This document shows positions 50,021 to 59,646 of a DNA stretch of 64,000 nt, one piece after another; position 1 is the first letter of the stretch; each line of letters starts with the position of its first letter. A model generated the notes under the pieces. It saw only the letters and a list, made by a program, of their open reading frames with translations, was not told where the DNA came from and ran no database searches. This DNA is from a virus. Taxonomy: Duplodnaviria > Heunggongvirae > Uroviricota > Caudoviricetes. The translations under genes were made by a program, and so were the position numbers. The stretch is taken from the IMG/VR virus record IMGVR_UViG_3300049571_000258, positions 70,186-134,185 of that record; one strand, 5' to 3'.

Positions 50021-53000
50021 ATGCCTGGGGCCTCCATTCGCCTACGCCACGACGCGGGTGCCACCGGCACGGGGCTTGTCGTCGCCGAAGGCCTCCTCCT
50101 CACGCTCACCGACCCGCGCTCGAAGAAGCAGCACATCACTCGCGCGGCCGACACGGCACGCCAGCTGCTGAGTCTCGACGAAGCAGACACGACGAAGGTC
50201 GCGCGCGCCCTGGCGGAGCACATCGAGAAGATCCGCCCGGCGGTCCAGGAGGCGGCCACGATGCCGTCGATCTCGGTCAAGAAGGGCGGGGGCCAGGTCG
50301 GCGCCGCAACCGGCGCACAGGGCGCGCAGGTGCGCATGGAGACCAAGTCGAAGGCCAAGCCGAAGACGCGCGGTGGCGTGGCGGGCGAGGTCGGCGCGAA
50401 GGGCGCGCCAGCGGCCAGCAACCCCAACTTCGAGAAGCTGCACCCACGCGATCGCACCGGCCGGTGGGTCAAGGCGGGCGACGGCTACGATCAGCCCAAC
50501 CCGACGGTCTCGCAGCTTCAGCGTCGCCTGGCGCAGCTGGGCTACGGTCCCGGCGCGCCGGACGGCAAGTTCGGCCCGTTGACACAGCAGGCGCTCGCCA
50601 AGTTCCAGGCCGACTACGGCCTCCAGGGCGACGGTTCGCACGTCGACCCCGCTACGCTCCAGGTGCTCCAGAACCCTCCGGCGCAGAAGCTGCGCCAGAT
50701 CCAGGCCGAGCAGCAGGCGCTGGCCAACGTGCCGGACGCCAACGGCAAGGTGGCTGGCGCCACCGGCGGATCTACTGGCGGTACGGGTAGCAGCACTAGC
50801 GCGGGTGCCAGCGGGTCGGCCACGACGACGCTGGATACCACCGATCCCGAGGCGGTCAAGAAGTTCCAGCAGGCGCACGGCCTGAAGCCGGACGGCGTCG
50901 TCGGCCCCAACACCGAGGCACTGATGAAGGGGCTTGGCGTCCACCCCAAGGGCGACTACGTCAACCCGGACGGCACGGTGACGAGCGTCGATCACGCGGC
51001 CGAGGAGAGGGACAATGCGAAGAAGGACTCCTCCAAGTCGTCGTCCTCCTCGTCGGGCACTGGCAGCGCCAGCGGCAGCGCGAGCGGGGCGGCGTCGAAG
51101 GGCGCGAACTCCGAGACGCTGGCGCCGGGTGACGGGCTGAAGGAGCCGAGCGCCGACGTCAAGGCGCTTCAGCAGGTGCTCGACGCGCTGGGCTATGACC
51201 TGGGTGAGAGCGGCATCGACGGCCGCTACGGCAGCGATACCGAGAAGGCGATCCGCAAGCTCCAGAAGCGCTACGGCCTGAAGGTCGACGGTGTTGCCGG
51301 ACCGCGCACGATGCGCCTGCTCAAGCGGCTGGGCGAGCAGGCCAAGAAGAAGGCCAAGGACGACGACATCAAGTCGGGTGACGAGGTCACCGAGGCGCAG
51401 ATCGTCGCGGCGGTCGAGAAGCGCAAGCTGGCCGAGGCCGCGGGCGACGTGGACGCGTTCATTGCGGCGCGCGCCGCGGAGGTTCACCTGCGCGAGAACT
51501 TCATCGAGCGCCTGCATCCACGTGACCGACTGGGCAAGTTCGCGGACGTGCCGGGTGGCTCGAAGGGTTCCTCGTTCAAGTACGGCCCCGGCGACCGGGT
51601 CGTCATCGAGCCTGCGACGAGGCACTACGGCGACCGGGTGCACCCTGGTCGGGTCCACGATCGCTACGTCGACAAGTTCGGCGGGCGCTGGTACACGGTC
51701 GCGACCGGCAACGGCAACGAGGATGTGCTGGAGGATCAGCTGCGCAGGCCTTCCGAGCGCGAGGGTGTGAAGATGGACCCGGGCACGGGGTCGAAGCCGA
51801 AGAAGTCGCGCATCATCCTCACCGACGAGGATCGCGCGTTCCCCGAGACGGCGATGTGGCCCGAGGCGATCGCCGAGCGTCGCCGGGCGCAGGGCAAGCG
51901 GAGGTTCGGCATGAGGTCTGTTCTGGATCGGCTCACCGAGGCGGCAGAGATCCGTGAGTCCGCGACGCCGGGCACGCCCGAGCACATCGAGGCGCGTGCC
52001 CGTGAGGTCGAACTGGCTCGCCAGGTCATGGAGGAGGGCGTGCTGAACGCCGCGGCGCGCAAGGCGTCGGCGACGGTCGTGCGCCAGAAGGGCGGCAAGA
52101 CCGAGTACAAGTTCCCGATCCCCGACAAGGCGCACGCGAAGGCGGCGCTGGCCTACCTGAACTCCAGCGACCTGACGCCCGAGGAGAAGGCGAAGGTGCG
52201 CGCGCGGGCGATGGCGGTGCTGGCCGAGGCGCGGCGCGCCGAGCGCGAGGCGGAGATGGTCGCGGCGCTCGACGAGGCCGAGGTGCTGATGATCGCCGAG
52301 GCGGTGGACTCCCTGCGCAAGGCGTCCACGCACAAGCACGGGCTGGAGTCCAAGAAGGGGCCGAACGACAACTGGATCGAGCGCTCCAGCGCCGACGGGC
52401 GTGGCCAGCTGCCCGCCTACATTCAGCACATCGCACTGGCGCTCGTGCGCAAGCGCGGGATGCCGAAGTCACGCGCGATCGCCATCGCGATCGGCACGGT
52501 CAAGCGCTGGGCGCGCGGTGGCGGCGACGTGGACGCCAACACGCGTGCGGCGGCGGCCAAGGCGGTCGCCGAGTGGGAGGCGCTGAAGGCCAAGAACAAG
52601 GCCAAGAAGGTCACCGAGGCGTGGGACTCCGACTTGATCGACACGGTGTTCGAGTGCGGCCTGATGGAGGCCGACACGAAGGCCGACTACGACGACATGA
52701 CCTGCACGGCGCACGGGCGCAAGAAGTGCAAGTCCTGCCTGATGGAGGCGGTGTTCGAGGATCGCCTGCACCCGCGCAACCGCTTCGGTCGGTTCATCCA
52801 CAGCTTCGGCGGGCGCCGCAACGGCGGCGGTGCTATGGATGGGTTCGTGCACAACGGCAAGCGGGAGCGGATCGACAGCCGCATCGGCGACGGCGGGTCC
52901 TTCGAGGCGCGTACGCGGCGCACGCAGCGCTACGCCGAGCACATGGCTCGCGTGCCCGAGACGCCGCAGGAGCGGGGCCAGCGCGAGGCGGATGAGCGCT

Positions 53001-53503
53001 ATCAGGCCGCGCTGCTGGGCAAGCGCGACCCCGGCACAGCGTCGCCGCAGGCGGTGCAGCGAGTCGCCTACAGCGCCTTCACCGGCGAACCAGCCGAACG
53101 TCGAGCGTCCTTCGATGCGATGGACCTGATGACCAACGATCAGCTGAACACGCTCGACGACACGAACCTCATCACGATCCACACGGCCACCCTGCCCGGC
53201 GGGGAGCGCGGCGCCTATTCGTCGCTGCACAGCCGCGTGGCGCAGATCCTCAAGGGTCGCGACAGCGATCAGGCCTCGCGCTACATGCGTGGGCTGAACA
53301 TCTTCGAGTCGTTGACCGACGCGGCGCTGGCGTTGCGCGAGTCCTGGACGCCGACGTTCGAGGCGCGCCCGTACGTGGACGCGCTGGCCGAGGGCGTGAC
53401 CGACGCTGTGATCGTGCGCGCGCTGCTGAGCGCGATGGGGCAGGCGAGCGGCCCCGACGTCGCGAAGGTCCGCCGCACGCTGCGCGCCCACCTGGAGGGC
53501 TAG
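50021..53503 (+). CDS. very large (1160 aa) protein with three peptidoglycan-binding (PG_binding_1-like) repeats and three HPRDR peptide motifs
   Basis: PG-binding repeats LQRRLAQLGYGPGAPDGKFGPLTQQALAKFQ, VKKFQQAHGLKPDGVVGPNTEALMKGLG and LQKRYGLKVDGVAGPRTMRLLKRLG; motifs FEKLHPRDRTGRW, FIERLHPRDRLGKF and FEDRLHPRNRFGRF; Ser/Gly-rich linkers. N-terminal start uncertain. Confidence 0.65.
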   Translation: MPGASIRLRHDAGATGTGLVVAEGLLLTLTDPRSKKQHITRAADTARQLLSLDEADTTKVARALAEHIEKIRPAVQEAATMPSISVKKGGGQVGAATGAQGAQVRMETKSKAKPKTRGGVAGEVGAKGAPAASNPNFEKLHPRDRTGRWVKAGDGYDQPNPTVSQLQRRLAQLGYGPGAPDGKFGPLTQQALAKFQADYGLQGDGSHVDPATLQVLQNPPAQKLRQIQAEQQALANVPDANGKVAGATGGSTGGTGSSTSAGASGSATTTLDTTDPEAVKKFQQAHGLKPDGVVGPNTEALMKGLGVHPKGDYVNPDGTVTSVDHAAEERDNAKKDSSKSSSSSSGTGSASGSASGAASKGANSETLAPGDGLKEPSADVKALQQVLDALGYDLGESGIDGRYGSDTEKAIRKLQKRYGLKVDGVAGPRTMRLLKRLGEQAKKKAKDDDIKSGDEVTEAQIVAAVEKRKLAEAAGDVDAFIAARAAEVHLRENFIERLHPRDRLGKFADVPGGSKGSSFKYGPGDRVVIEPATRHYGDRVHPGRVHDRYVDKFGGRWYTVATGNGNEDVLEDQLRRPSEREGVKMDPGTGSKPKKSRIILTDEDRAFPETAMWPEAIAERRRAQGKRRFGMRSVLDRLTEAAEIRESATPGTPEHIEARAREVELARQVMEEGVLNAAARKASATVVRQKGGKTEYKFPIPDKAHAKAALAYLNSSDLTPEEKAKVRARAMAVLAEARRAEREAEMVAALDEAEVLMIAEAVDSLRKASTHKHGLESKKGPNDNWIERSSADGRGQLPAYIQHIALALVRKRGMPKSRAIAIAIGTVKRWARGGGDVDANTRAAAAKAVAEWEALKAKNKAKKVTEAWDSDLIDTVFECGLMEADTKADYDDMTCTAHGRKKCKSCLMEAVFEDRLHPRNRFGRFIHSFGGRRNGGGAMDGFVHNGKRERIDSRIGDGGSFEARTRRTQRYAEHMARVPETPQERGQREADERYQAALLGKRDPGTASPQAVQRVAYSAFTGEPAERRASFDAMDLMTNDQLNTLDDTNLITIHTATLPGGERGAYSSLHSRVAQILKGRDSDQASRYMRGLNIFESLTDAALALRESWTPTFEARPYVDALAEGVTDAVIVRALLSAMGQASGPDVAKVRRTLRAHLEG

Positions 53504-55999
53504 GTGTCGCTGGAGGGGATGGCAGCCGGGCGCCGCATGGCCGCGGCGCTGATCTTGCAGGAGGCCAAGGGAGCCATCCCCGAGGGCTACTTTGTCACGC
53601 GCCTGGTGGACGCTGGCGCCACCGAGGAGCAGGCGCAGGAGATCGCCGACAAGTTCATCGAGATCGGCAAGGTCATCCCCGACAAGAAGTTCAACAAGGT
53701 GGCCAAGAAGATCACCGAGAAGGACCGCGACGCGCAGCACTTCATCAACATCGAGGAGGGGGTCATCGCCGACTTCCTCGCGCCCGGCGCGCTGGCTGTC
53801 CACGCCAACATGAAGGCCTACAAGGAGTGGGAGCCAGACAAGCACCCTCGCGATCGAGAGGGCAAGTTCCTCAAGGTGCTCAAGTCGCTCGACGTCGGCC
53901 AGGCCGAGACCCATGAGGGCGTGACGATCACGCGCAACTCGCGCAAGGAGTTCCACCTCAGCGGCGGCGTCGACCGCGGTGAGCGGACGATCGTCGGGCA
54001 CCGGGCCGCCGCGCGCGACGCGGCCGAGCGCGCGGAAGTGGCGGCCAAGGCGAAGGCCAGCGGCGTCAAGATGGATCCTGGCACCTTCCCGAAGGAGGAG
54101 GGGAAGTCGACGCACTTCTCGCGCGCAAAGGCGATGGCCTACACCGTGGGCGTCCCCGGGTTCGTCGCCTGGGATCACGACGAGGTCGATACGTGGTTCC
54201 CCTTCAACGGCTACGGCGACACACACGGCGTGCTGTGGGCGCCGGTGACCGACAAGATCGAGCACGCGTCTGTCGACCTGGCCACGACGCTGATCTCGCA
54301 GCTGCACCTGATCCCTCAGGTGGCCGAGTCGCTGCTGCATCTCATCGCCGCGCGCGAGGACCGGCGTGCGGCGCAGCTGGCCAACGACCCTGACGCGCTG
54401 GTACGTGCACACGCACTAGAGACCGCCCTGATCTCGCATCTGCGCGCCGCCGGACTGCACGACGACACGCTGCGCGAGGCGGTCAGCTACGCGGAGGCAC
54501 TGCACCCGCGTGACCGCAACGGCAAGTGGATCCGCAAGCTAACCGGCGGGAACTCCAAGGGTCTGCGCGCGCTGCCTCAGGGCAAGCGCGTCCAGGTGCC
54601 CGGCACGCACGTCAACGTGACGCGCGTCGGGCGCGACGAGTACGACATCGCCGACTCGCGGTCGGGGCGCGGCAAGCGCCGGATCCAGGGCCACGAGCAC
54701 GCGGCCAACGAGATCCACGAGCGTGCCCGCACGAGCGACGTCGCCAAGCGCGACCCGGGCATCGACAGCGACGCCTACGAGAAGGGCTTCACCCCGAAGG
54801 AGACACACGAGCGCACGCGCTGGTTCAGGCGCAAGGAGCGCAACGAGGCGGCCGAGAGGTTCGAGGAGGTGCTGCCTGGCCACGTCGCGGACGCCATCGG
54901 CTACAGCGCCCTGAAGGTGTCCAGCGAGACACCCGGCCTCAACAAGCTGGGCAAGCCTGCCTACAACGCCTACGAGTGGATCATCAACGGTGGCAAGATC
55001 CCCGACGAGCACGCCACGGCTGCGACTGGGCACGCGTCGCAGCACATCACGTCGGCGGCCGACCACCTAGCCGCCGCGGCGCCGCAACTTGATGATCGGG
55101 TGGCGCACGCCGCGATCAGTGTCGCTGACACCCTCGTGAACTTCATCTCCAGTGGTGGTGGCGACGTCGCACAGGCGCTGATCCACCTGATTGCGTCGCG
55201 CTGGGATGGGGCGCGGGCCGCACGCATCGAGGCCGAGCGCACCGGCGACACGACGGCATGGGCGCGCGCTCGCGCGATCGAGGAGGCGGCGCTGGCGCAG
55301 CTGCTGGAGGTCAAGTACGACCCGCGCAAGCACCCGCGCGACCGGAACGGCAAGTGGATCGACACGCCGGACATCACGCACGCGATCAAGGCGATGATCT
55401 CCGGCGAGTTCCACGGCGACGACCCGAGGCCCCAGACGCCGACGAAGCTGGGCGTCACGCCGTACTACAAGACGAACGACCCCAACTACCCGCAGCGCAC
55501 GTACGCGTCGGCCAAGGCGCTGTTCAACGAGCCGGACTGGCGCAAGACGTTCCGCGAGTTCGAGCGTGACGTCCACCGGCTGGCCAAGGAGCACAACGTC
55601 GAGGTCGTGCACAGCGAGCGCGGCGTGGGCGTGTTCGAGGGCGAGTTCGAGCCGAGCTACAGCATCGACGTCACGGGCGACCCGAAGGACATCTCGGCCT
55701 ACAACACGGCGCTGGGCAAGAAGTGGAAGCAGGACGCCGTGGTGTCCTTCAAGCGCGACAAGCGAGGCAAGGACACCGAGGTGCACGTGCCGGTGAAGAA
55801 TCCGGAGGCGTTCCTGGCGGCGCTGCGCAAGCGCTCCAAGGGCGAGGTCGGCGCGACCTTCGAGGACGGGATGGCGCGCGTGTTCGTGTACGCCTCCGAC
55901 GCGGCGGGCATCAAGGCGGTGGCCAAGGCGGCGGAGGACGTCGGCGCGAAGGCGCGCGCGTTCCGCGGCACCGGTGAGTACATCGAGACGAAGGCCTAG
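53504..55999 (+). CDS. large (831 aa) hypothetical protein with three HPRDR peptide motifs
   Basis: GTG after TAG; DKHPRDREGKF, EALHPRDRNGKW and RKHPRDRNGKW; otherwise no recognisable domain. Confidence 0.6.
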   Translation: MSLEGMAAGRRMAAALILQEAKGAIPEGYFVTRLVDAGATEEQAQEIADKFIEIGKVIPDKKFNKVAKKITEKDRDAQHFINIEEGVIADFLAPGALAVHANMKAYKEWEPDKHPRDREGKFLKVLKSLDVGQAETHEGVTITRNSRKEFHLSGGVDRGERTIVGHRAAARDAAERAEVAAKAKASGVKMDPGTFPKEEGKSTHFSRAKAMAYTVGVPGFVAWDHDEVDTWFPFNGYGDTHGVLWAPVTDKIEHASVDLATTLISQLHLIPQVAESLLHLIAAREDRRAAQLANDPDALVRAHALETALISHLRAAGLHDDTLREAVSYAEALHPRDRNGKWIRKLTGGNSKGLRALPQGKRVQVPGTHVNVTRVGRDEYDIADSRSGRGKRRIQGHEHAANEIHERARTSDVAKRDPGIDSDAYEKGFTPKETHERTRWFRRKERNEAAERFEEVLPGHVADAIGYSALKVSSETPGLNKLGKPAYNAYEWIINGGKIPDEHATAATGHASQHITSAADHLAAAAPQLDDRVAHAAISVADTLVNFISSGGGDVAQALIHLIASRWDGARAARIEAERTGDTTAWARARAIEEAALAQLLEVKYDPRKHPRDRNGKWIDTPDITHAIKAMISGEFHGDDPRPQTPTKLGVTPYYKTNDPNYPQRTYASAKALFNEPDWRKTFREFERDVHRLAKEHNVEVVHSERGVGVFEGEFEPSYSIDVTGDPKDISAYNTALGKKWKQDAVVSFKRDKRGKDTEVHVPVKNPEAFLAALRKRSKGEVGATFEDGMARVFVYASDAAGIKAVAKAAEDVGAKARAFRGTGEYIETKA

Positions 56000-56014
56000 T
56001 AGACTGGCCCGGTC

Positions 56015-56179
56015 ATGACCTTCTCGCGCGACCCCAAGGACTTCGAGGACGGCTTCCTGGAGAAGCTGTCGCCGTCGCAGCGTGCTGCGTGGGAAGCGGG
56101 CATCCCGTTCGCGACCGACGACGAGTACACCGACGAGGTCACGACTCTGGTCTTCACACCGAAGCCGCAGAAGAAGTGA
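56015..56179 (+). CDS. small hypothetical protein (54 aa)
   Basis: ATG...TGA; below the ORF-track cutoff; good GC3. Confidence 0.35.
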   Translation: MTFSRDPKDFEDGFLEKLSPSQRAAWEAGIPFATDDEYTDEVTTLVFTPKPQKK

Positions 56180-56239
56180 AGCCCCCCGGCTCCGTCGTCA
56201 CGCTCAGGTACGGTCCTACCCCAGGGGATCAACGGTCAG

Positions 56240-56914
56240 ATGCAGAGCACAGTTGAACTAGAGTTCTGTTCGCGTACTGATCCGCGTTACGTGGAGATGC
56301 GCGATCGACACTACATTCCCAATCGAGGCTCCCAGGGACAGCAGCTGCACTTCATCGTATGGGATGGTCCTATCCGTGCGGGCATCATCTCGGCTGGCTC
56401 TGGCGTCTACGCAGTCAAGAGCCGGGACGAGTTCTTTGGCATTCCCAGCGACAAGCGCGAGCGCGAAACGCTGTGGCTGCCAGCGATCGTGAACAACACG
56501 GTGTTTCGGCTAGAGAAGACTCGTCCCAACCTCGGGACTCAAGTGCTGTCACGCTGGCAGCGCGTGACTCGAAAGCTCTGGCCGCTGCTGTACAACGTGG
56601 ATGTGATCGGGTTCGAGACGTTCATCGTCGAGAACCCTACGCGTCGAGGAGCGCTGTACAAGGCGGCGAACTGGACCCATGTCGGCACAACTGTGGGGCG
56701 CACCAAGTCGCACTCGACCGCAGGAGGCATGAAGGACAAGCGCGATCATCTTGACACGGAGCCAAAGATGGTCTACTGCGCTGTGGCAGGCAAGAAGTTG
56801 CGCGTTCCTTCGCGGGAGTACGTTTCTAGCTGGAGGCGGTCTACTCCCGAGGAGCGTGCGGCAGACAAGCGGCTACGCGATCTGCGTAGCGAACTCAACG
56901 GTAGGAGGTTCTGA
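56240..56914 (+). CDS. hypothetical protein on a low-GC (~55%) island
   Basis: ORF track 224 aa; base composition clearly differs from its flanks; no confident motif. Confidence 0.55.
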   Translation: MQSTVELEFCSRTDPRYVEMRDRHYIPNRGSQGQQLHFIVWDGPIRAGIISAGSGVYAVKSRDEFFGIPSDKRERETLWLPAIVNNTVFRLEKTRPNLGTQVLSRWQRVTRKLWPLLYNVDVIGFETFIVENPTRRGALYKAANWTHVGTTVGRTKSHSTAGGMKDKRDHLDTEPKMVYCAVAGKKLRVPSREYVSSWRRSTPEERAADKRLRDLRSELNGRRF

Positions 56915-56960
56915 GCCACGTCACGCGCTCCAGCAGGTAGCGATGGTTCTGGACACCGCG

Positions 56961-56989
56961 TTGACGCAGCACACGACGTTAGCTATACT
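56961..56989 (+). promoter_or_regulatory. promoter TTGACG, 17 bp spacer with gcacacgacgttagc, TATACT
   Basis: Canonical -35/-10; the spacer carries the left half-site GCACAC of the recurring operator. Confidence 0.5.
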
Positions 56990-57047
56990 TCTCTCTGTGC
57001 AAGGGACCCGACACCGGTCCCCAGACCAAAGAGAGGTAGAGGTAGGA

Positions 57048-57365
57048 ATGGCTGCTGTTTATGGGCGGTTGCAGGGCAATCGCGGCGAGGTGACCCGCAC
57101 GGGTTCCTCTTCGAGCGGCGTGAGCACGAGCGCGGAGATGTGGCGCTCCAGCGTCAAGACGATGATGGAGGCGGACGGCACGGCGACGGTGCGCCTGGGC
57201 GAGAAGGGCTACGCCAACACGCTCAAGTTCACGGTCAACGCCGACGATCTGGTGGCCCACCGGGATCACCCGACCGTGGCCGAGGCCGTGCTGGACGTGG
57301 AGGCCGCGGTCAAGGCGCTCCAGGACGCCCTGGACAGGCTCAGCGCTGAGGCGGTGGTCGCGTGA
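57048..57365 (+). CDS. hypothetical protein (105 aa)
   Basis: SD gagaggtagaggtagg plus ATG. Confidence 0.5.
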   Translation: MAAVYGRLQGNRGEVTRTGSSSSGVSTSAEMWRSSVKTMMEADGTATVRLGEKGYANTLKFTVNADDLVAHRDHPTVAEAVLDVEAAVKALQDALDRLSAEAVVA

Positions 57366-57784
57366 CCCCCGACTGCGATTGCGGGCGCTGTAGGCACCGC
57401 GGCAACGGTCCCCAGTTCCGGGGGATCGTCAACAGGAAGGAGTTCCGTCGGCTGTGCAACCGGCTGGGCGTGACCCTGCCGGTGAAGGTGTACCTCGGAA
57501 GCGAGGTGGAGACCGCAGTCGGTCACCACCGCTTCAACTACGCCGAGGCGTGCCACGAGATCCACCTGATCGACAACGACTGCACGTGCGCCGGTGCGAA
57601 CGAGGTGCTGATCCACGAACTCACGCACGCGGCGCAGTTCGAGCAGATCGACGACTTCTCCAACGCCTACTGGGAGGAGAACGAGCGCGTCGGCTACCGC
57701 AACAACCGCTACGAGCATGAGGCCAACCGCAACGCACTCACGCTCGGCCCGCTGTTCGACATCTGCCCGGCGGTGGCCGCATGA
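57362..57784 (+). CDS. small HExxH metallopeptidase-like protein with N-terminal Cys cluster
   Basis: CDCGRCRHRG... then VLIHELTHAAQFEQ (HExxH plus downstream E). Confidence 0.6.
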   Translation: MTPDCDCGRCRHRGNGPQFRGIVNRKEFRRLCNRLGVTLPVKVYLGSEVETAVGHHRFNYAEACHEIHLIDNDCTCAGANEVLIHELTHAAQFEQIDDFSNAYWEENERVGYRNNRYEHEANRNALTLGPLFDICPAVAA

Positions 57785-57966
57785 CGACTGTGACGATCGA
57801 CCACGAGGCGGTCCTGGCGGCGGCGGCAACCGGGAAGCGGTCGAGGCGGTCGAGTGTGCGCTGTCGGTCCAGTCCATCTGGGCGGAGGTCGGACAGGGGC
57901 TACGCGCTCGCGACTGGTACCTGCCTGCACCCGAGGTCGTGCCAGACACACCACAGGAGGAGCACC

Positions 57967-58227
57967 ATGCCTGACCCGGCGATGGCCAAGCACTACCTGC
58001 CCGGCCCGACGCGGTCCCTGATGGCCGTCGAGTCGTCGGCCTACCTGATGAACCGCGTCAAGTGGCTCAGCACGTGGATCGGCGACGAGCGACCGGCGCC
58101 GGAGCCGCCTGAGAGCCTGTCGCGCGACATCATCACGATGCTCGACGACATCGCGCAGAACATCTGCGAGCACTCGCCGACGCTGGCCCAGGAGGAAGCG
58201 CTGCTGCGTGCGGCGCGCCCCTCGTGA
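57967..58227 (+). CDS. hypothetical protein (86 aa)
   Basis: SD caggaggagcacc plus ATG; same frame as ORF 57781..58227, whose upstream part has poor GC3. Confidence 0.45.
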   Translation: MPDPAMAKHYLPGPTRSLMAVESSAYLMNRVKWLSTWIGDERPAPEPPESLSRDIITMLDDIAQNICEHSPTLAQEEALLRAARPS

Positions 58228-58442
58228 GTACATCCGACGGCGGCGAGAGGATGCCCAGCATGCACGGCAGTGAGCGCCCGATGGATCGGCTCGACGCTGA
58301 GGCCGCCGACGCGGTCACCGAGGGCCTGGACATGGACGACGTCGACATGTGGTCGGGCATGGCCATGACGATCGAGGACTACCTGAAGATGCGCGCCGAC
58401 CTGGCGGGCATGACCGTGGAGGAGTACCTAGATGCCTCGTGA
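58224..58442 (+). CDS. hypothetical acidic protein (72 aa)
   Basis: GTGA overlap; ORF track. Confidence 0.45.
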   Translation: MSTSDGGERMPSMHGSERPMDRLDAEAADAVTEGLDMDDVDMWSGMAMTIEDYLKMRADLAGMTVEEYLDAS

Positions 58443-58896
58443 GGCGTTGCCCTGCATTGTGTGCGGGCGCGAGCTACGCAACATCTTCGACGACGCGACC
58501 AACCAGCCGGGTGACGGCACCACGTTCGAGACGCACGGCCACTACGGCTCGACGGCGTTCGACCCGATGGACGGCACCTACCTGGAGATCAACGTCTGCG
58601 ACCCATGCCTGACCGCCGCGCGCGAGAGGGGCGTGGTGCTGCACGGCATGGACCGCAAGGTGGTCGTCTGTGAGGGGGTCGGCGTGGGCTGGACGAAGGC
58701 GCTGCGACCCCTGTTGCCGTGGACGGGCGACGAGCCGGAGCAGGACTACCAGCGCCCCGGCGAGAACGTCCTGGAGGTCGACCTAGACGACGTCGGCAAC
58801 CATACGTTGTATCCCGAGATCGAGTGGCATCACGGCGCGGTCATCTGGGCGCAAGACGAGCGCAAGGCGCGCGCCGGAGAGGATGAGGGCGAATGA
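58432..58896 (+). CDS. zinc-ribbon hypothetical protein (154 aa)
   Basis: ORF track; CIVCG...CDPC. Confidence 0.5.
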   Translation: MPREALPCIVCGRELRNIFDDATNQPGDGTTFETHGHYGSTAFDPMDGTYLEINVCDPCLTAARERGVVLHGMDRKVVVCEGVGVGWTKALRPLLPWTGDEPEQDYQRPGENVLEVDLDDVGNHTLYPEIEWHHGAVIWAQDERKARAGEDEGE

Positions 58897-59140
58897 GGAC
58901 GGCTGGCGCGACGCCAGTCCTGCGGCGGAACCCGAGGAGGACGATGTGCCCGAGGACATGAAGATGATCGCGATGCACCCGGCGCTCGTGCCAGCGTTCG
59001 AGGAGTGGCTGGCGTCGCGTCACCTGCACTTGTTTCGGATCCCTGGCGGGTTCGAGGCCGATCCCGTGTTCGCCGTCGGCATCTCCGACAGCCACCCTGT
59101 CCTGCGTCTCGCTGACGCGCTCGACCCGGACATCGACTGA
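58883..59140 (+). CDS. hypothetical protein (85 aa)
   Basis: ORF track. Confidence 0.45.
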   Translation: MRANEDGWRDASPAAEPEEDDVPEDMKMIAMHPALVPAFEEWLASRHLHLFRIPGGFEADPVFAVGISDSHPVLRLADALDPDID

Positions 59141-59210
59141 TGCTGAAGCTGTACTGGGCGATCCGGTGGTGGTGGTGGGACCGGCGAGAGGCGATCGAGG
59201 AGGCGATGCG

Positions 59211-59513
59211 GTGAGCCTGCACTACGAGATGCGCGAGCCGCGCCCAAGGCCCCAGGAGCACGTCCTGACCGGCGCGACATGCGACGCCTGCGGTGGCGAC
59301 GCGTACTACCCGGCGCACCGAAGCCCGGACGCCACCCTGACCTACGTGCGGGACGACGGCAAGTCCAACATGGACATCTGGCAGCTAGACCTGTGCACGA
59401 CTTGCAAAGACGCCGTGATGCAGCTGCTGGCTTCGATCGCCAAGCGCGAGGGACACGACATGCCGATGACGCGCAGGGAGACCTTCGCGGCAACGCTGGA
59501 GATCGACGGATGA
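59211..59513 (+). CDS. hypothetical protein with CxxC...CxxC (100 aa)
   Basis: GTG start in frame with ORF 59166..59513. Confidence 0.45.
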   Translation: MSLHYEMREPRPRPQEHVLTGATCDACGGDAYYPAHRSPDATLTYVRDDGKSNMDIWQLDLCTTCKDAVMQLLASIAKREGHDMPMTRRETFAATLEIDG

Positions 59514-59646
59514 CCGCCTGGGAGATCGTGCCGCGCGACAAGGGCAAGGTCCAGGTCATCATGGAGGCCACCACCTGGATCCTGGACGTCGACTGGTACC
59601 TCGTGACGGTGCGCGAGAGGTGCGGGCGCTGTGGGGCGTCGCGATG
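59510..59646 (+). CDS. small hypothetical protein (45 aa)
   Basis: ATGA overlap; ends CGRCG. Confidence 0.35.
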
